Positions 39,780 through 49,771 of a stretch of DNA of 64,000 nucleotides are shown piece by piece. Where the stretch lies: contig CAVXVG010000036.1 in assembly GCA_963765145.1 (NCBI GenBank), positions 21,003 to 85,002 on the forward strand, written 5' to 3'. Position 1 is the stretch's first letter. The number at the start of each line of letters is the position of its first letter. This stretch comes from Parachlamydiales bacterium. Lineage in GTDB: Bacteria; Chlamydiota; Chlamydiia; Chlamydiales; JAJFMK01. The position numbers and the translations under genes were made by a program. The notes beneath the pieces are model-generated. The model ran no database searches. It saw only the letters and a list, made by a program, of their open reading frames with translations, and was not told where the DNA came from.

Positions 39780-41084
39780 ATGAAAACGCTCGATCGCCCT
39801 TTGTCTGAAGAATTCTACTTGTCTCTCTGCGAGAAAATACCGGGAGGGGTGAACTCGCCCATCCGTTCATTCCAGAAAATGGAACAATTGCCCATCGTGG
39901 TCGAAAAAGGGGAAGGGGCCGTCATCACCGACATCGATGGACACTCCTATATTGACTATGTAGGTTCTTGGGGCCCTCTTCTTCACGGTCACGCCCATCC
40001 CGTCATCCTCGATCGGGTCAAAAAACGGATGGAAAAAGGAACCTCCTTTGGGATGACTTCGGTTATAGAAAAAGAAATCGCCGACAAAATCACATCACTT
40101 GTCCCCTCCATCGAAAAACTCCGCTTTGTTTCCTCCGGCACTGAAGCCACGATGACTGCACTCCGGATGGCCAGAGGCTTCACAGGTAAAGAGGTCATTT
40201 TAAAGTTTGCCGGCCACTACCACGGGCATGTCGACGCACTGATGTTACAGGCAGGTTCAGGCCTTACCGGTTTAACCCCCACAAGCAGCTCTAGCGGTAT
40301 TCCTCAAGAAGTTTTAGAAAAGACGGTCATTTTACCTTTCAACGATTTCAAAGCGGTCGAGCTGGCCTTTAATCACCCTCAATTAAAAGGGAAAATTGCT
40401 GCCATTATCTTAGAACCCATTGCTGCCAATATGGGGGTTGTTCTTCCCGTTCCAGGCTTTTTAGCCCACCTGCGCAGGCTTTGTGACGAAGAAAATGCAC
40501 TGTTGATTTTTGATGAGGTGATCACAGGTTTCCGTATCGGCGGATTGCAGTGCGCTCAAGGTCTTTTTGGAATCACGCCAGATCTGACCTGTTTTGGAAA
40601 AATCATCGGAGGGGGCTTTCCTGCAGCTGCTGTAGGAGGCCGCAAAGAAATTCTCGATACTCTCGCACCGATTGGCTCTGTCTACCAAGCCGGCACCCTT
40701 TCAGGAAATCCGGTGGCCCTTGAAGCGGGACTTGCTACGTTGGAACTAGCCGAACGGCCAGGTTTTTACCAAGAACTTGAAGAAAAGACCTTATTTTTAA
40801 CCCAGCCGATCGAAGAGACCATCCGTCAACGCAATTTAAACGCTTGCCTTGTTCAGATCGGCTCTCTGTTTACCATTTTCTTTGGCAAAAGAAGGGTATC
40901 TAACTTCCAAGATGTGAAAGAGCTTGATCTAGCCATATTCACGAGGTTTTTCCAAACACTATTCAACGCAGGGATTTTAGCACCTCCTCTACACTGTGAA
41001 GCTTGGTTTGTTTCAAGTGCACATGATGAGAAACAGTTGGCTTATACTCGCGATCAGGTTATTGAGTTCTTAAAGAGCCTATGA
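39780..41084 (+). CDS. hemL: Glutamate-1-semialdehyde 2,1-aminomutase
   Basis: IPGGVNSPIR, SSGTEATM, FDEVITGFR, FGKIIGGG and QAGTLSGNP. Confidence 0.96.
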   Translation: MKTLDRPLSEEFYLSLCEKIPGGVNSPIRSFQKMEQLPIVVEKGEGAVITDIDGHSYIDYVGSWGPLLHGHAHPVILDRVKKRMEKGTSFGMTSVIEKEIADKITSLVPSIEKLRFVSSGTEATMTALRMARGFTGKEVILKFAGHYHGHVDALMLQAGSGLTGLTPTSSSSGIPQEVLEKTVILPFNDFKAVELAFNHPQLKGKIAAIILEPIAANMGVVLPVPGFLAHLRRLCDEENALLIFDEVITGFRIGGLQCAQGLFGITPDLTCFGKIIGGGFPAAAVGGRKEILDTLAPIGSVYQAGTLSGNPVALEAGLATLELAERPGFYQELEEKTLFLTQPIEETIRQRNLNACLVQIGSLFTIFFGKRRVSNFQDVKELDLAIFTRFFQTLFNAGILAPPLHCEAWFVSSAHDEKQLAYTRDQVIEFLKSL

Positions 41085-42622
41085 TTTCACTTTTACTGTC
41101 GATTTTTCTAGCCCTCAACTATGAGGCAGCCCCCCATCTTGAAGAGATGCTTCAAGAACATATCCACATCCACCCAGATGGAGAAAATCAGATTGGCTAC
41201 ATGGAGATCGACGGCAAGTCAGACTCTATCAACAACTCCACTTGGCTCTACGTCAACCAAGCTGTAGAACAATTCAAAAAAACAAAGCCTGCTTTTGTCA
41301 TTTTTAAAATCAATACGCCTGGCGGAGAAACATTAGCCGCCATGCAAATTTGCGATGCTTTGAAAGAGCTAGACACCCAATTTGGCATTCCTGTTGTTGC
41401 CTACATCGACAATTGGGCTATGTCGGCAGGGGCATTGATTAGCTATGCCTGCAGGTTCATCACTGTCGTACAAGATGGGGCGATGGGTGCCGCAGAGCCG
41501 GTATTAGCTTCTCAAACAGGAGAAATGACCGCGGCTTCTGAAAAAATCAACTCGGCCTTCCGGATCACCTTTGCAAACCAAGCTGCCTACTTTGGGCGCA
41601 ATCCCTACATTGCAGAGGCAATGGTCGATAAAGATATTCTCCTAGTCAAACGGGGAAACGAATTTCTAAAACTCAATAGCAACGAAGAAATTTTGCCAAC
41701 CGACATTGTCATTTCGCCAAAAGGGAAATTGCTTACGCTAACTGCCAAAGAGATGATGGAATATGGAGTGGCCGACCTTTACTTTACCGCTGCTAAATTG
41801 CCCTTGTTGACGCTTGAAGAAAAAAGTACCGGTGTATGGCCTTTGAACAAAACATCGTTTGCGGCCTATCCCTTTTTTGCAAATATGAAAGAGGCAAAAG
41901 TCCATGCCTATCAGATGGACATTCGAACACGATTTTTTGCCCTATTGATGACACCCGTTGTGGCCTCCATTTTAATGCTTGGCTTTATGTTGGGGCTCTA
42001 TCTTGAATTTACAACGCCCGGAGCAACACTTCCCGGAGCTATTGCCATCATTTGCCTGTTTTTGCTTGGCGTTTCTAGTTTTGCTTTCCAAATAGGTTCT
42101 TGGCTTGAAATTGTCCTCCTTTTAGGAGGCATTGCCATCTTATTGATCGATCTCTTCTTTTTTCCGACGTTTGGCATTTTGGGAAGTTTTGGTGTCATTT
42201 TGATGGTGGCAGGGCTGCTTGGCCTTGTTGTGCCAGGGCTTGAAAAAGTCACCTTTGACCCGATCAGCTGGCAAATTGGAGGGGGAGATGTGATCATGCG
42301 ACTTGCTTGGTTCCTCTGCACCCTGTTAGTTGGCTTGCTTGGTTTGATTGCCTTAGCTTTTTGGTTCCCCGGCAAATACAATCCACTGCAAAAATTTGTC
42401 CTACACGATGCCCAGGAAGGTTATACTGCAGGTGGCACCACATTTGATCATCTGCAAGGAAAGTCAGGGGTGACACTCACTCCCCTTCGCCCGTCTGGTA
42501 CAATCGAAATTGATGGAACCCCTTTTGATGCCCAAAGTGCCGGCGATTTTATTGCAGTCGGAACAAAAGTGGTCGTTGAAAGAATTGAAGGGGCTCGCCT
42601 CTTTGTGAGGACTGAGTCATGA
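41081..42622 (+). CDS. nfeD: Long NfeD (ClpP-like protease domain, TM region and OB fold)
   Basis: INTPGG, AMSAGALI and MGAAEP; TM bundle; TPLRPSG. Confidence 0.88.
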   Translation: MISLLLSIFLALNYEAAPHLEEMLQEHIHIHPDGENQIGYMEIDGKSDSINNSTWLYVNQAVEQFKKTKPAFVIFKINTPGGETLAAMQICDALKELDTQFGIPVVAYIDNWAMSAGALISYACRFITVVQDGAMGAAEPVLASQTGEMTAASEKINSAFRITFANQAAYFGRNPYIAEAMVDKDILLVKRGNEFLKLNSNEEILPTDIVISPKGKLLTLTAKEMMEYGVADLYFTAAKLPLLTLEEKSTGVWPLNKTSFAAYPFFANMKEAKVHAYQMDIRTRFFALLMTPVVASILMLGFMLGLYLEFTTPGATLPGAIAIICLFLLGVSSFAFQIGSWLEIVLLLGGIAILLIDLFFFPTFGILGSFGVILMVAGLLGLVVPGLEKVTFDPISWQIGGGDVIMRLAWFLCTLLVGLLGLIALAFWFPGKYNPLQKFVLHDAQEGYTAGGTTFDHLQGKSGVTLTPLRPSGTIEIDGTPFDAQSAGDFIAVGTKVVVERIEGARLFVRTES

Positions 42623-43101
42623 CTCTTCCTTATCTACTTTTAGGTTTTGCTCTGCTGTTACTGTTTTTGGAATTTTTTGTTCCGAGCGGAGCCTTTGCTA
42701 TTTCCGGAGCTCTTCTCCTGGTCTTTAGCTTCTTTGCTTATGGGGCCGAGGCAACACCGGTTGAATTGCTCTTTTTCACTCTCGGAGCCATCCTCTGCAT
42801 TGTTTTTGTTGTTCGATTGGCACTCCGCTTGATACGCAAAACGGGCAAAGAAAACACTTTGATGTTGGATAAAACCCAAGAAGGGTACTATGCCTCTCAA
42901 CTGGACCCCACATTGATTGGCAAAACAGGGGTGACCCTGTCTGATTTTCGCCCTACCGGAAAGGTGAAGGTAGAAAATCAAATCATACAGGCAAGCAGCG
43001 ATCAAGGCTTTCTTCCAGAAGGAACAGAGGTCACAATCGTTGGGGGCTCCGGAACACATTACATTGTAAGGAAAATAGACTTCTTGCGTGATTCGCTTTG
43101 A
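42619..43101 (+). CDS. Short NfeD-like membrane protein
   Basis: EFFVPSG TM region and GKTG...DFRPTGKV OB fold. The last codons lie in an RPE-like element. Confidence 0.85.
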   Translation: MTLPYLLLGFALLLLFLEFFVPSGAFAISGALLLVFSFFAYGAEATPVELLFFTLGAILCIVFVVRLALRLIRKTGKENTLMLDKTQEGYYASQLDPTLIGKTGVTLSDFRPTGKVKVENQIIQASSDQGFLPEGTEVTIVGGSGTHYIVRKIDFLRDSL

Positions 43102-43239
43102 TCAGAAAAATGAGCTGTTTTTGCGCAGGTTTTGCAATAAATTTTGAGAGCATATGCCTACATATGGTCGAAAAATTTATTGCAAAAGATGCCAAAAAGA
43201 GCCATTTTAATGGTCAAATGGAATTACGCAGGAAGTCAA
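43076..43239 (+). mobile_element. RPE-like palindromic element (family B), copy 2
   Basis: GACTTCTTGCGTGATTC / GAATTACGCAGGAAGTC ends. Interior alignable with the 35326 copy. Confidence 0.8.
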
Positions 43240-43242
43240 TAC

Positions 43243-44244
43243 ATGGGCGCTGAACTTTATCTCTTAATCATCGTAGGGGGCATCATTGCCCTGCTGCTAA
43301 TTAGCATCATTGGCAAATTCATCAGCCTATGGTTCCAAGCTTTTGTTTCCGGTACGCCGATTCCCTTTTTCAACATCATTGGGATGAGCCTACGAAAAAT
43401 TCCCCCTCGTGTCATTGTCACAGCGCGGATCAATTCGTTTAAAGCGGGCTTAAAACAGATCAGCGTCGCAGACCTAGAGACCCACTATTTGGCTGGCGGT
43501 AACGTGATTGCCGTGGTAGAGGCGATGATTGCAGCTGACAAAGCGAATATCCCTCTCGACTGGAAAAGGGCCACTGCGATTGACTTGGCAGGACGTGATT
43601 TGAGAGAAGCGGTGAAAACATCGGTCAACCCAAAAGTGATCGATTGCCCTCCTCAACATGGTACAGGCAAAGGGTCGTACATGGCAGGTGTTGCCAAAGA
43701 TGGAATCCAGCTGCTTTGCCGCGCCCGTGTGACCGTCCGCACTAACATTGTTCAATTGGTCGGTGGTGCGACTGAAGAGACCATCATCGCTCGCGTTGGT
43801 GAAGGGATTGTAGGGGCCATTGGGGGTGCCGACACCTATTTAGAGGTGCTTGAATCACCCCAAAAGATTTCTAAAGAGTGTTTGAAAAAGGGGCTTGATT
43901 CCCAAACTGCTTTTGAAATTTTGTCGATCGACATCGTTGAAATCGATGTGGGCGAAAACATCGGAGCGACACTTCGAATCAAAAAGGCTCAAGCCGACAT
44001 GGAAATTGCCCGTGCCGAAGCCGAAAAGCGACGTGCCATGGCTGTTGCTGCAGAACAAGAGTTCATCGCTTCGGTCAAAGAGATGGAAGCGAAAGTCATG
44101 GAAAACCAGGCCCAAGTGCCTCTAGCTATGGCTGAAGCTTTAAAACAGGGTCGCATTGGCTATTATGACAACCTAAAGTTCCAAAACTTGCAGTCAGACA
44201 CTGAAATGCGTTCATCTTTAGGAAAAGAAGAGCCAAGGAAATAA
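43243..44244 (+). CDS. floA: Flotillin-like protein FloA (YqfA)
   Basis: [42 protein letters not shown] and AFEILSIDI. Confidence 0.93.
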   Translation: MGAELYLLIIVGGIIALLLISIIGKFISLWFQAFVSGTPIPFFNIIGMSLRKIPPRVIVTARINSFKAGLKQISVADLETHYLAGGNVIAVVEAMIAADKANIPLDWKRATAIDLAGRDLREAVKTSVNPKVIDCPPQHGTGKGSYMAGVAKDGIQLLCRARVTVRTNIVQLVGGATEETIIARVGEGIVGAIGGADTYLEVLESPQKISKECLKKGLDSQTAFEILSIDIVEIDVGENIGATLRIKKAQADMEIARAEAEKRRAMAVAAEQEFIASVKEMEAKVMENQAQVPLAMAEALKQGRIGYYDNLKFQNLQSDTEMRSSLGKEEPRK

Positions 44245-44249
44245 ACTCT

Positions 44250-44648
44250 ATGACCTTCATCGAATGGATCGGCTTTGTCGCTAGTTTATTTGGGGTTATT
44301 TATTTATTTACTAAAGATGCTTGGGCAAAAAAGGAACGGGAAAGAGACCCTGTCAAATATGCCGAAAAAGAGCGGCGGATAAGGGAAGTTCTTCGGCAGA
44401 TGGGGGTTGAACCCGACGAAGAAGAACAGCCTGAAGAACAAGACGAGGATGAAGAGGAGGAAGAAGAAGTGGTAACCAAACAAAACATATTGCCTCCTCC
44501 TCCCCCGGTAAAAATCCATATTACGGCTCCGCCAACCCAAATCCTTTCTCGACCATCTCGTGTTGCTAACATGATCAAACAGCTGCCCGATGAGCGCGCC
44601 ATCCTTGTCGCCCACATCCTCTTCGGCCCCCCCAAAAGCCTGGAATAA
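44250..44648 (+). CDS. Small membrane-anchored acidic/Pro-rich protein closing the floA operon
   Basis: N-terminal TM helix, acidic tract and C-terminal ILFGPPKSL. Confidence 0.7.
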   Translation: MTFIEWIGFVASLFGVIYLFTKDAWAKKERERDPVKYAEKERRIREVLRQMGVEPDEEEQPEEQDEDEEEEEEVVTKQNILPPPPPVKIHITAPPTQILSRPSRVANMIKQLPDERAILVAHILFGPPKSLE

Positions 44649-44709
44649 GAAAAAGAGGCCAGACCTTTTTATCCTTTAACTTTAATTAATAGTTATATGA
44701 ATAGTTATA

Positions 44710-44718
44710 TGCTATAAT
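44710..44718 (+). promoter_or_regulatory. Extended -10 promoter (TGcTATAAT); copy TGcTAAAAT at 45883-45891
   Basis: Motif at the same position upstream of both paralogs, followed by an AGGAG RBS. Confidence 0.55.
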
Positions 44719-44748
44719 CATTTTCATAATTTATAGGAGAATTATAAA

Positions 44749-45522
44749 ATGTCAGCAATCAACGGCAATGGGGGAGTATCCCTCAATCACATGACTTCTT
44801 TACCCATTAAGGGATTCAATCAACTTACACAACTTAGCAAAAAAATGTGGAATGGAATAGCCTCAGCCGGAATAACCCCCACACAAGTGGAACTCATTGC
44901 GGAACTCATTGCTGGCGCTGCCTTAACATTCATCCTCCTTAAGGCTATTCAAAAACTATCTCAAGCTAATTTATTTCCCTCTAAAAGCACGACTCCTCTC
45001 CAGAAACAAATGATAATGCCAAATCCACTCTGGGAAGCACCTAAAAATAAAGTCACTGATTTAAAAGAGTTAATGGCTTGCTTTTCTGCTTACACAAGGG
45101 ATCTAGGTGGATCGTTTTCTATATTGCGCGGCTCAATATTTAAAGATGACACCGACAACAAAATAAAAATAAAAATAACCGATTACAATGTACAATTTCA
45201 ATTTCCAAATGAAGTATTACGCAATCTTTTTTTAGCACGGCTTGATCAATCCCTTGCGACTAAAGATTGGAAAAAGACAGCAGGACAAATGAAAACCGAT
45301 GCAACTGAAAATGTAGAGCAAAAAACGTCTACAAGAACATATACATTGACTCCTCACCAGGCATATGCAATGGCAAATTTAACGCCTCTGAAAGATGAAA
45401 TGAAACATTATGAAGGCTGGATAAAAAATTGGTACTTTAGCCGGGCAAACTCAGACATTGCTATGAGCGGGTCATCAGCCAACTACATCGTTCAAGAAGT
45501 TGTGCACGAGTCTAAACGCTAA
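44749..45522 (+). CDS. Hypothetical protein, cassette allele A
   Basis: First ~75 aa nearly identical to 45922-46557, including one hydrophobic helix. Confidence 0.8.
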   Translation: MSAINGNGGVSLNHMTSLPIKGFNQLTQLSKKMWNGIASAGITPTQVELIAELIAGAALTFILLKAIQKLSQANLFPSKSTTPLQKQMIMPNPLWEAPKNKVTDLKELMACFSAYTRDLGGSFSILRGSIFKDDTDNKIKIKITDYNVQFQFPNEVLRNLFLARLDQSLATKDWKKTAGQMKTDATENVEQKTSTRTYTLTPHQAYAMANLTPLKDEMKHYEGWIKNWYFSRANSDIAMSGSSANYIVQEVVHESKR

Positions 45523-45545
45523 AACACTATTACTACTAAAACAAG

Positions 45546-45613
45546 AAAAGGGGCCGGGCCTCGAGATCCTGCGATTACTTTTAATCGCAGGATCTCGAGG
45601 CCCGGCCCCTTTT
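45546..45613. terminator. Long perfect hairpin / terminator
   Basis: 32-bp arms around a CTTT loop, ending in a T tract. Confidence 0.75.
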
Positions 45614-45921
45614 TGCCGGTGCTGTTATTTTTTATGGGAAATAGGCATCGTTTGGAGGTGTGAGCGCAAAAGAACGATACCTCGATATAGAAGAGAAAAT
45701 CCATATTACGGCTCCGCCAACCCAAATCCTTTCTCGACCATCTCGTGTTGCTAACATGATCAAACAGCTGCCCGATGAGCGCGCCATCCTTGTCGCCCAC
45801 ATCCTCTTCGGCCCCCCCAAAAGCCTTGAATAATTAAAAAGGCCGCACATTTTTTACCCTTTAAATTTAATTAATGATTATATGCTAAAATAGTTTTAAT
45901 AATTTATAGGAGAATTATAAA

Positions 45922-46557
45922 ATGTCAGTAATCAACGGCAATGGGGGAGTATCCCTCAATCACATGACTTCTTTACCCATTAAGGGATTCAACCAACTTG
46001 CACAACTTAGCAAAAAAATGTGGAATGGAATGGCCTCAGCCGGAATAACCCCCACACAAGCAAAACTCATAGCCGGCGCTGCCTTAGCACTCATTCTCTT
46101 TAAGGCTATTCAAAAGCTATCTCAAGCAAATTTATCCCCCCCTAAACCAAAACCTACAAATCCAAGTTCTTGGAAAGTTCCCACTCAAAAAGTTAGGACT
46201 GCACAAGAGCTAAAAGATCGCTTTGGCGAGTACACACAAGGTATCGAAGGTGCTACCTTTAAGATAGTAAAAAGTCCCAAAGGTAACTTGCAGGTAATGT
46301 TTTGTTTCGAAACCGAAGAATCTCGTCAGCAATTGATAGACCGAGTAGATACATGGTCTTCAAACCAAGAAATTATACGGCAGTTTAGTCAATCCAAATA
46401 TACAATGAACGAGTATGCATGGCAAAAAGGCCTTGCAGAGGGTAAGTTCACCTTTATTCTAAATGGAGCCGAAACTCAACATATGGCTAACATACCTTTT
46501 GAGCAAGACGCTTTGATGAAAGGATTGATGGAAAATTTATTCCATAGTTCAAACTAA
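45922..46557 (+). CDS. Hypothetical protein, cassette allele B
   Basis: Paralog of 44749-45522 with a different C-terminal region. Confidence 0.8.
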   Translation: MSVINGNGGVSLNHMTSLPIKGFNQLAQLSKKMWNGMASAGITPTQAKLIAGAALALILFKAIQKLSQANLSPPKPKPTNPSSWKVPTQKVRTAQELKDRFGEYTQGIEGATFKIVKSPKGNLQVMFCFETEESRQQLIDRVDTWSSNQEIIRQFSQSKYTMNEYAWQKGLAEGKFTFILNGAETQHMANIPFEQDALMKGLMENLFHSSN

Positions 46558-46570
46558 CCATTCTTCGTTC

Positions 46571-46606
46571 GAAAAGAAAAAGAGGCCAAGCCTCTTTTTC
46601 TTTTTC
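46571..46606 (+). terminator. Intrinsic terminator
   Basis: AAAAGAAAAAGAGGC-CAA-GCCTCTTTTTCTTTT. Confidence 0.7.
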
Positions 46607-46638
46607 TATTTTTATAGAAAATAGGCATCGTTTGGAGT

Positions 46639-47310
46639 GTGAGCGCAAAAGAACGATACCTCGATATTGAAGAAAAGATCCTGGAATTCAGGATGAACCA
46701 TGTCCCCTACCCAATCACAACTGTGGTTGTCTCTAAAGGGGTTTCTGTTGAAAAAATATTAGAAGTATACAGCACCGGCTGCCGCGACTTTGGCGAAAGT
46801 TCCCTTTCAGAATGGGCTGAAAAAAAGGAAATGCTGCCAAAGGATATCCGCTGGCACATGATTGGCCCCTTACAAACCAAAAAAGTGCCCAAACTCATCG
46901 GCAATTTTACCTTGATCCATTCTGTCGATTCTTTTGAATTGTTAAAAACCATCCATGAAAAAAGCACTCAGGCAGGTGTGATCACCTCTGTCCTCCTCGA
47001 AAGCAACACATCGGGGGAGGAGACAAAAAAAGGGTTAACCCCTTATGAGTGGGAACAAGTTTGGAACGATTGCGGAACACTCACTTCGGTTGAAATTTTG
47101 GGACTGATGACAATGGCCCCTTTAACAGAAGATAGGCCCCTCATTCGAGACTGCTTTAAAAATTTGCGTTTACTACGCGACCGGTTGTTGCAAAGGGCGT
47201 TTACCAACACCCCGCTCTACCACCTTTCGATGGGGATGTCGAACGATTGGCCGATTGCCATCGATGAAGGTGCAACCTTGGTTCGCATAGGAACTGCAAT
47301 TTTTAAATAA
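46639..47310 (+). CDS. yggS: PLP homeostasis protein (YggS)
   Basis: VVSK, DFGE, WHMIGPLQ, GLMTM, LSMGMS and VRIGTAIF. Confidence 0.93.
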   Translation: MSAKERYLDIEEKILEFRMNHVPYPITTVVVSKGVSVEKILEVYSTGCRDFGESSLSEWAEKKEMLPKDIRWHMIGPLQTKKVPKLIGNFTLIHSVDSFELLKTIHEKSTQAGVITSVLLESNTSGEETKKGLTPYEWEQVWNDCGTLTSVEILGLMTMAPLTEDRPLIRDCFKNLRLLRDRLLQRAFTNTPLYHLSMGMSNDWPIAIDEGATLVRIGTAIFK

Positions 47311-47346
47311 AAACTTAAACTTGAAATATGTTAAAATGAAGGCATT

Positions 47347-48597
47347 ATGACAACTTCTCATCAAGCGTGCTGCGCACCACCTATTAAAAACCGTTCGCTT
47401 TGGCTTTTCGTCGCTATTGCTTTGGGTATTTGTGCCGGCTTGTGGGGAGAACCGATTGTCATTAGCATTGCTAATTTCATTGCAGAGCTGTTTATCCGGT
47501 TTTTGAAACTATTAAGCTTGCCAATCATTTTTTTATCGATTGTCTCAACAGCCTCGGGCATGGACAGCCTTGAATCTGCTAAACACATTGGCTCAAGGGT
47601 AGTTAGATACACTATTTTAACCACGCTGCTTGCGGCAACTGTGGCAATGGCCCTTTTTCTTTTGATACAACCTGCCGCTATCCCTGAAACAAGCGATATC
47701 GCCCCAACAACTGCCGGCTTGCAATACACCGATTATCTTATCAAAATGGTTCCTAGCAATTTGATTGAGCCGTTTCTAGAAAATCAGGTCATTGGCGTCC
47801 TTATTTTAGCCGTGTTGTTAAGCCTGGCCCTCCTTTCTATACCGGGCGAACAACGGAAAAAGCTGCATGATGTTTTCCATGCCTTGTATGCAGCAGTGAT
47901 GCACCTTTGCACCGCACTGATCCGCCTCATCCCCTTTGCCATTTTTGGTTTTATCACCCTTTTCGTTGTCGATTTAAAGAAAGGGATGGAAATCGAACGG
48001 CTTGGGCTTTACCTGCTCTGCGTCGTATTGGCCAATGTGATCCAAGCTTTTGTGGTGCTGCCCCTGTTCTTAAAATGGCGTGGAGTCAGCCCGGTCAAAT
48101 TGTTTAAAGCGATGCTGCCTGCTTTGACCATGGCCTTTTTTACCAAGTCTTCCAGTGCAGCCCTGCCTGTTGCCTTAAGATGTGCAGAAGGAGAAGCAAA
48201 AATTTCGCCTAAAGTGGCCAATTTTTCTTTACCACTTTGCACCACCATCAACATGAATGGGTGCGCCGCCTTCATTTTTACTACGGTCATTTTTGTTGCC
48301 ATGAGCCACGGCATGTCTTTCTCTTATGGGGAAATGTTGATCTGGATCGTCTTGGCCACCATTGCCGCTATCGGAAACGCCGGCGTCCCGATGGGTTGCT
48401 TCTTCTTAACATCGGCCCTTTTGGCTGCCATGAATGTGCCGCTTACTTTGATGGGAGTCATCCTCCCCTTCTACAGTCTGATCGATATGCTAGAAAGTTC
48501 CATCAACGTGTGGAGCGATGCCTCGGTTACCGCCGCCGTCGACCGCGACCTTTCAAGACAGGAAGAGAAGCAAGAGCTTTTAGCTAAGAGCACTTAA
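47347..48597 (+). CDS. Dicarboxylate/amino acid:cation symporter (SDF family)
   Basis: TKSSSAALP, PLCTTINMNG, GNAGVP and DMLESSINVWSD. Confidence 0.92.
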   Translation: MTTSHQACCAPPIKNRSLWLFVAIALGICAGLWGEPIVISIANFIAELFIRFLKLLSLPIIFLSIVSTASGMDSLESAKHIGSRVVRYTILTTLLAATVAMALFLLIQPAAIPETSDIAPTTAGLQYTDYLIKMVPSNLIEPFLENQVIGVLILAVLLSLALLSIPGEQRKKLHDVFHALYAAVMHLCTALIRLIPFAIFGFITLFVVDLKKGMEIERLGLYLLCVVLANVIQAFVVLPLFLKWRGVSPVKLFKAMLPALTMAFFTKSSSAALPVALRCAEGEAKISPKVANFSLPLCTTINMNGCAAFIFTTVIFVAMSHGMSFSYGEMLIWIVLATIAAIGNAGVPMGCFFLTSALLAAMNVPLTLMGVILPFYSLIDMLESSINVWSDASVTAAVDRDLSRQEEKQELLAKST

Positions 48598-48600
48598 AAA

Positions 48601-48720
48601 CGTGCCCGTGCCCGAATCTAAATTCAGTAAAAATCGATCTGTTAGCTTTAACTTTCACTCTTTTTAAGTTACAGCTAGCTAAATTCGGGCAAGGGCAAGG
48701 GCAAGGGCACGGGCAAGGGT
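48601..48720. repeat. Palindromic element with CCCGTG/GGGCAA hexamer arms
   Basis: GTGCCCGTGCCCGAAT ... ATTCGGGCAAGGGCAAGGGCAAGGGCACGGGC. Confidence 0.8.
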
Positions 48721-48786
48721 AAACTCTTGAACGGAAGGGAAAAGTAATGTATCCTTATAACAATTTTGATTTAAGGATGATCCATT

Positions 48787-49272
48787 ATGAAAAAAGAGCA
48801 AACTCTCTCCATCATCAAGCCCGATGCCGTTGAAAAAAATAAGATCGGCGCAATTTTGAGCCGTTTTGAAAATGCCGGCTTAAGAATTGCTGCTGCCAGA
48901 TTTTTGCAGATGAGCAAAAAAGAGGCCGAAGCTTTTTATGCTGTCCACAGAGAGCGTCCATTCTTTGGCGACCTCACCTCTTTCCTCGCTTCAGGCCCAA
49001 TTTTAGCCCTCGTTTTAGAAGGTGAAAATGCAGTGTTGAAAAACCGTGATTTGATGGGAGCAACCGACCCGAAAAAAGCAGCGCCTGGAACGATCCGTGC
49101 AGACTTTGCTGCTTCTATTGATGAAAATGCTGTCCACGGCTCTGATTCATTAGAAAACGCCGAAGCAGAAATCGACTTTTTCTTTGCAGAAGATGAAGTA
49201 TGTGCTCCACGCTTTGCGTTGAAAATGGCCCAAAAAGGCGGCTGCGGTAGCCACTCTTGCGGATGTCACTAA
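48787..49272 (+). CDS. ndk: Nucleoside diphosphate kinase (cytoplasmic) with Cys/His tail
   Basis: [17 protein letters not shown] and NAVHGSD. Confidence 0.96.
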   Translation: MKKEQTLSIIKPDAVEKNKIGAILSRFENAGLRIAAARFLQMSKKEAEAFYAVHRERPFFGDLTSFLASGPILALVLEGENAVLKNRDLMGATDPKKAAPGTIRADFAASIDENAVHGSDSLENAEAEIDFFFAEDEVCAPRFALKMAQKGGCGSHSCGCH

Positions 49273-49276
49273 CCTT

Positions 49277-49726
49277 ATGAAGCTGCTTCTTGTTTTGACT
49301 TTACTCTTCTCTCCATTGATGGCAGAAGAAACCTTTTCGATGATCAAACCTGATGCGGTGGCAACCCACCACATCGGAGATATCTTGGCCATTTTTGAAA
49401 AAAATGGCCTTGAAATCGTCGATCTAAAAATGGTGAGACTTTCAAAACAAGAAGCTCAAAACTTTTATAGCGTCCATGCAGAACGCCCCTTTTATGGTGA
49501 CCTTGTTAACTATGTCACCTCAGGTCCTGTCGTAGCCTTTGTCCTAAAAGGTGATAACACAGTGCAAAAAGCCCGAGAATTGATCGGAGCTACAGACCCA
49601 AAGAAAGCTGCACCCGGCACTATCCGAGCCCTTTATGGAACATCGGTTGAAGCCAATGCAATCCATGGCTCAGATTCAATTGATAACGCTAAAATTGAAA
49701 TAAAAGCATTCTTTCCATCAAATTAA
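49277..49726 (+). CDS. ndk: Second nucleoside diphosphate kinase with a signal peptide
   Basis: [16 protein letters not shown] precedes [19 protein letters not shown] is intact. Confidence 0.93.
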   Translation: MKLLLVLTLLFSPLMAEETFSMIKPDAVATHHIGDILAIFEKNGLEIVDLKMVRLSKQEAQNFYSVHAERPFYGDLVNYVTSGPVVAFVLKGDNTVQKARELIGATDPKKAAPGTIRALYGTSVEANAIHGSDSIDNAKIEIKAFFPSN

Positions 49727-49771
49727 CTTAAAAGCTATAATTAGAAATATTATTTTTTTAGTTATAGGTTC

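Larger units (their letters stand above)
44511..46680 (+). repeat. Tandem duplication unit (A 44511-45701, B 45696-46680)
   Basis: 44511-44648 matches 45696-45833 (1 mismatch). 45638-45701 matches 46617-46680. Promoters and 5' gene ends are duplicated. Confidence 0.92.

Noticed and set aside
43144..43242. N-terminal extension of FloA in the ORF track
   Set aside because: It lies within the RPE-like element; the conserved protein starts at ATG 43243.
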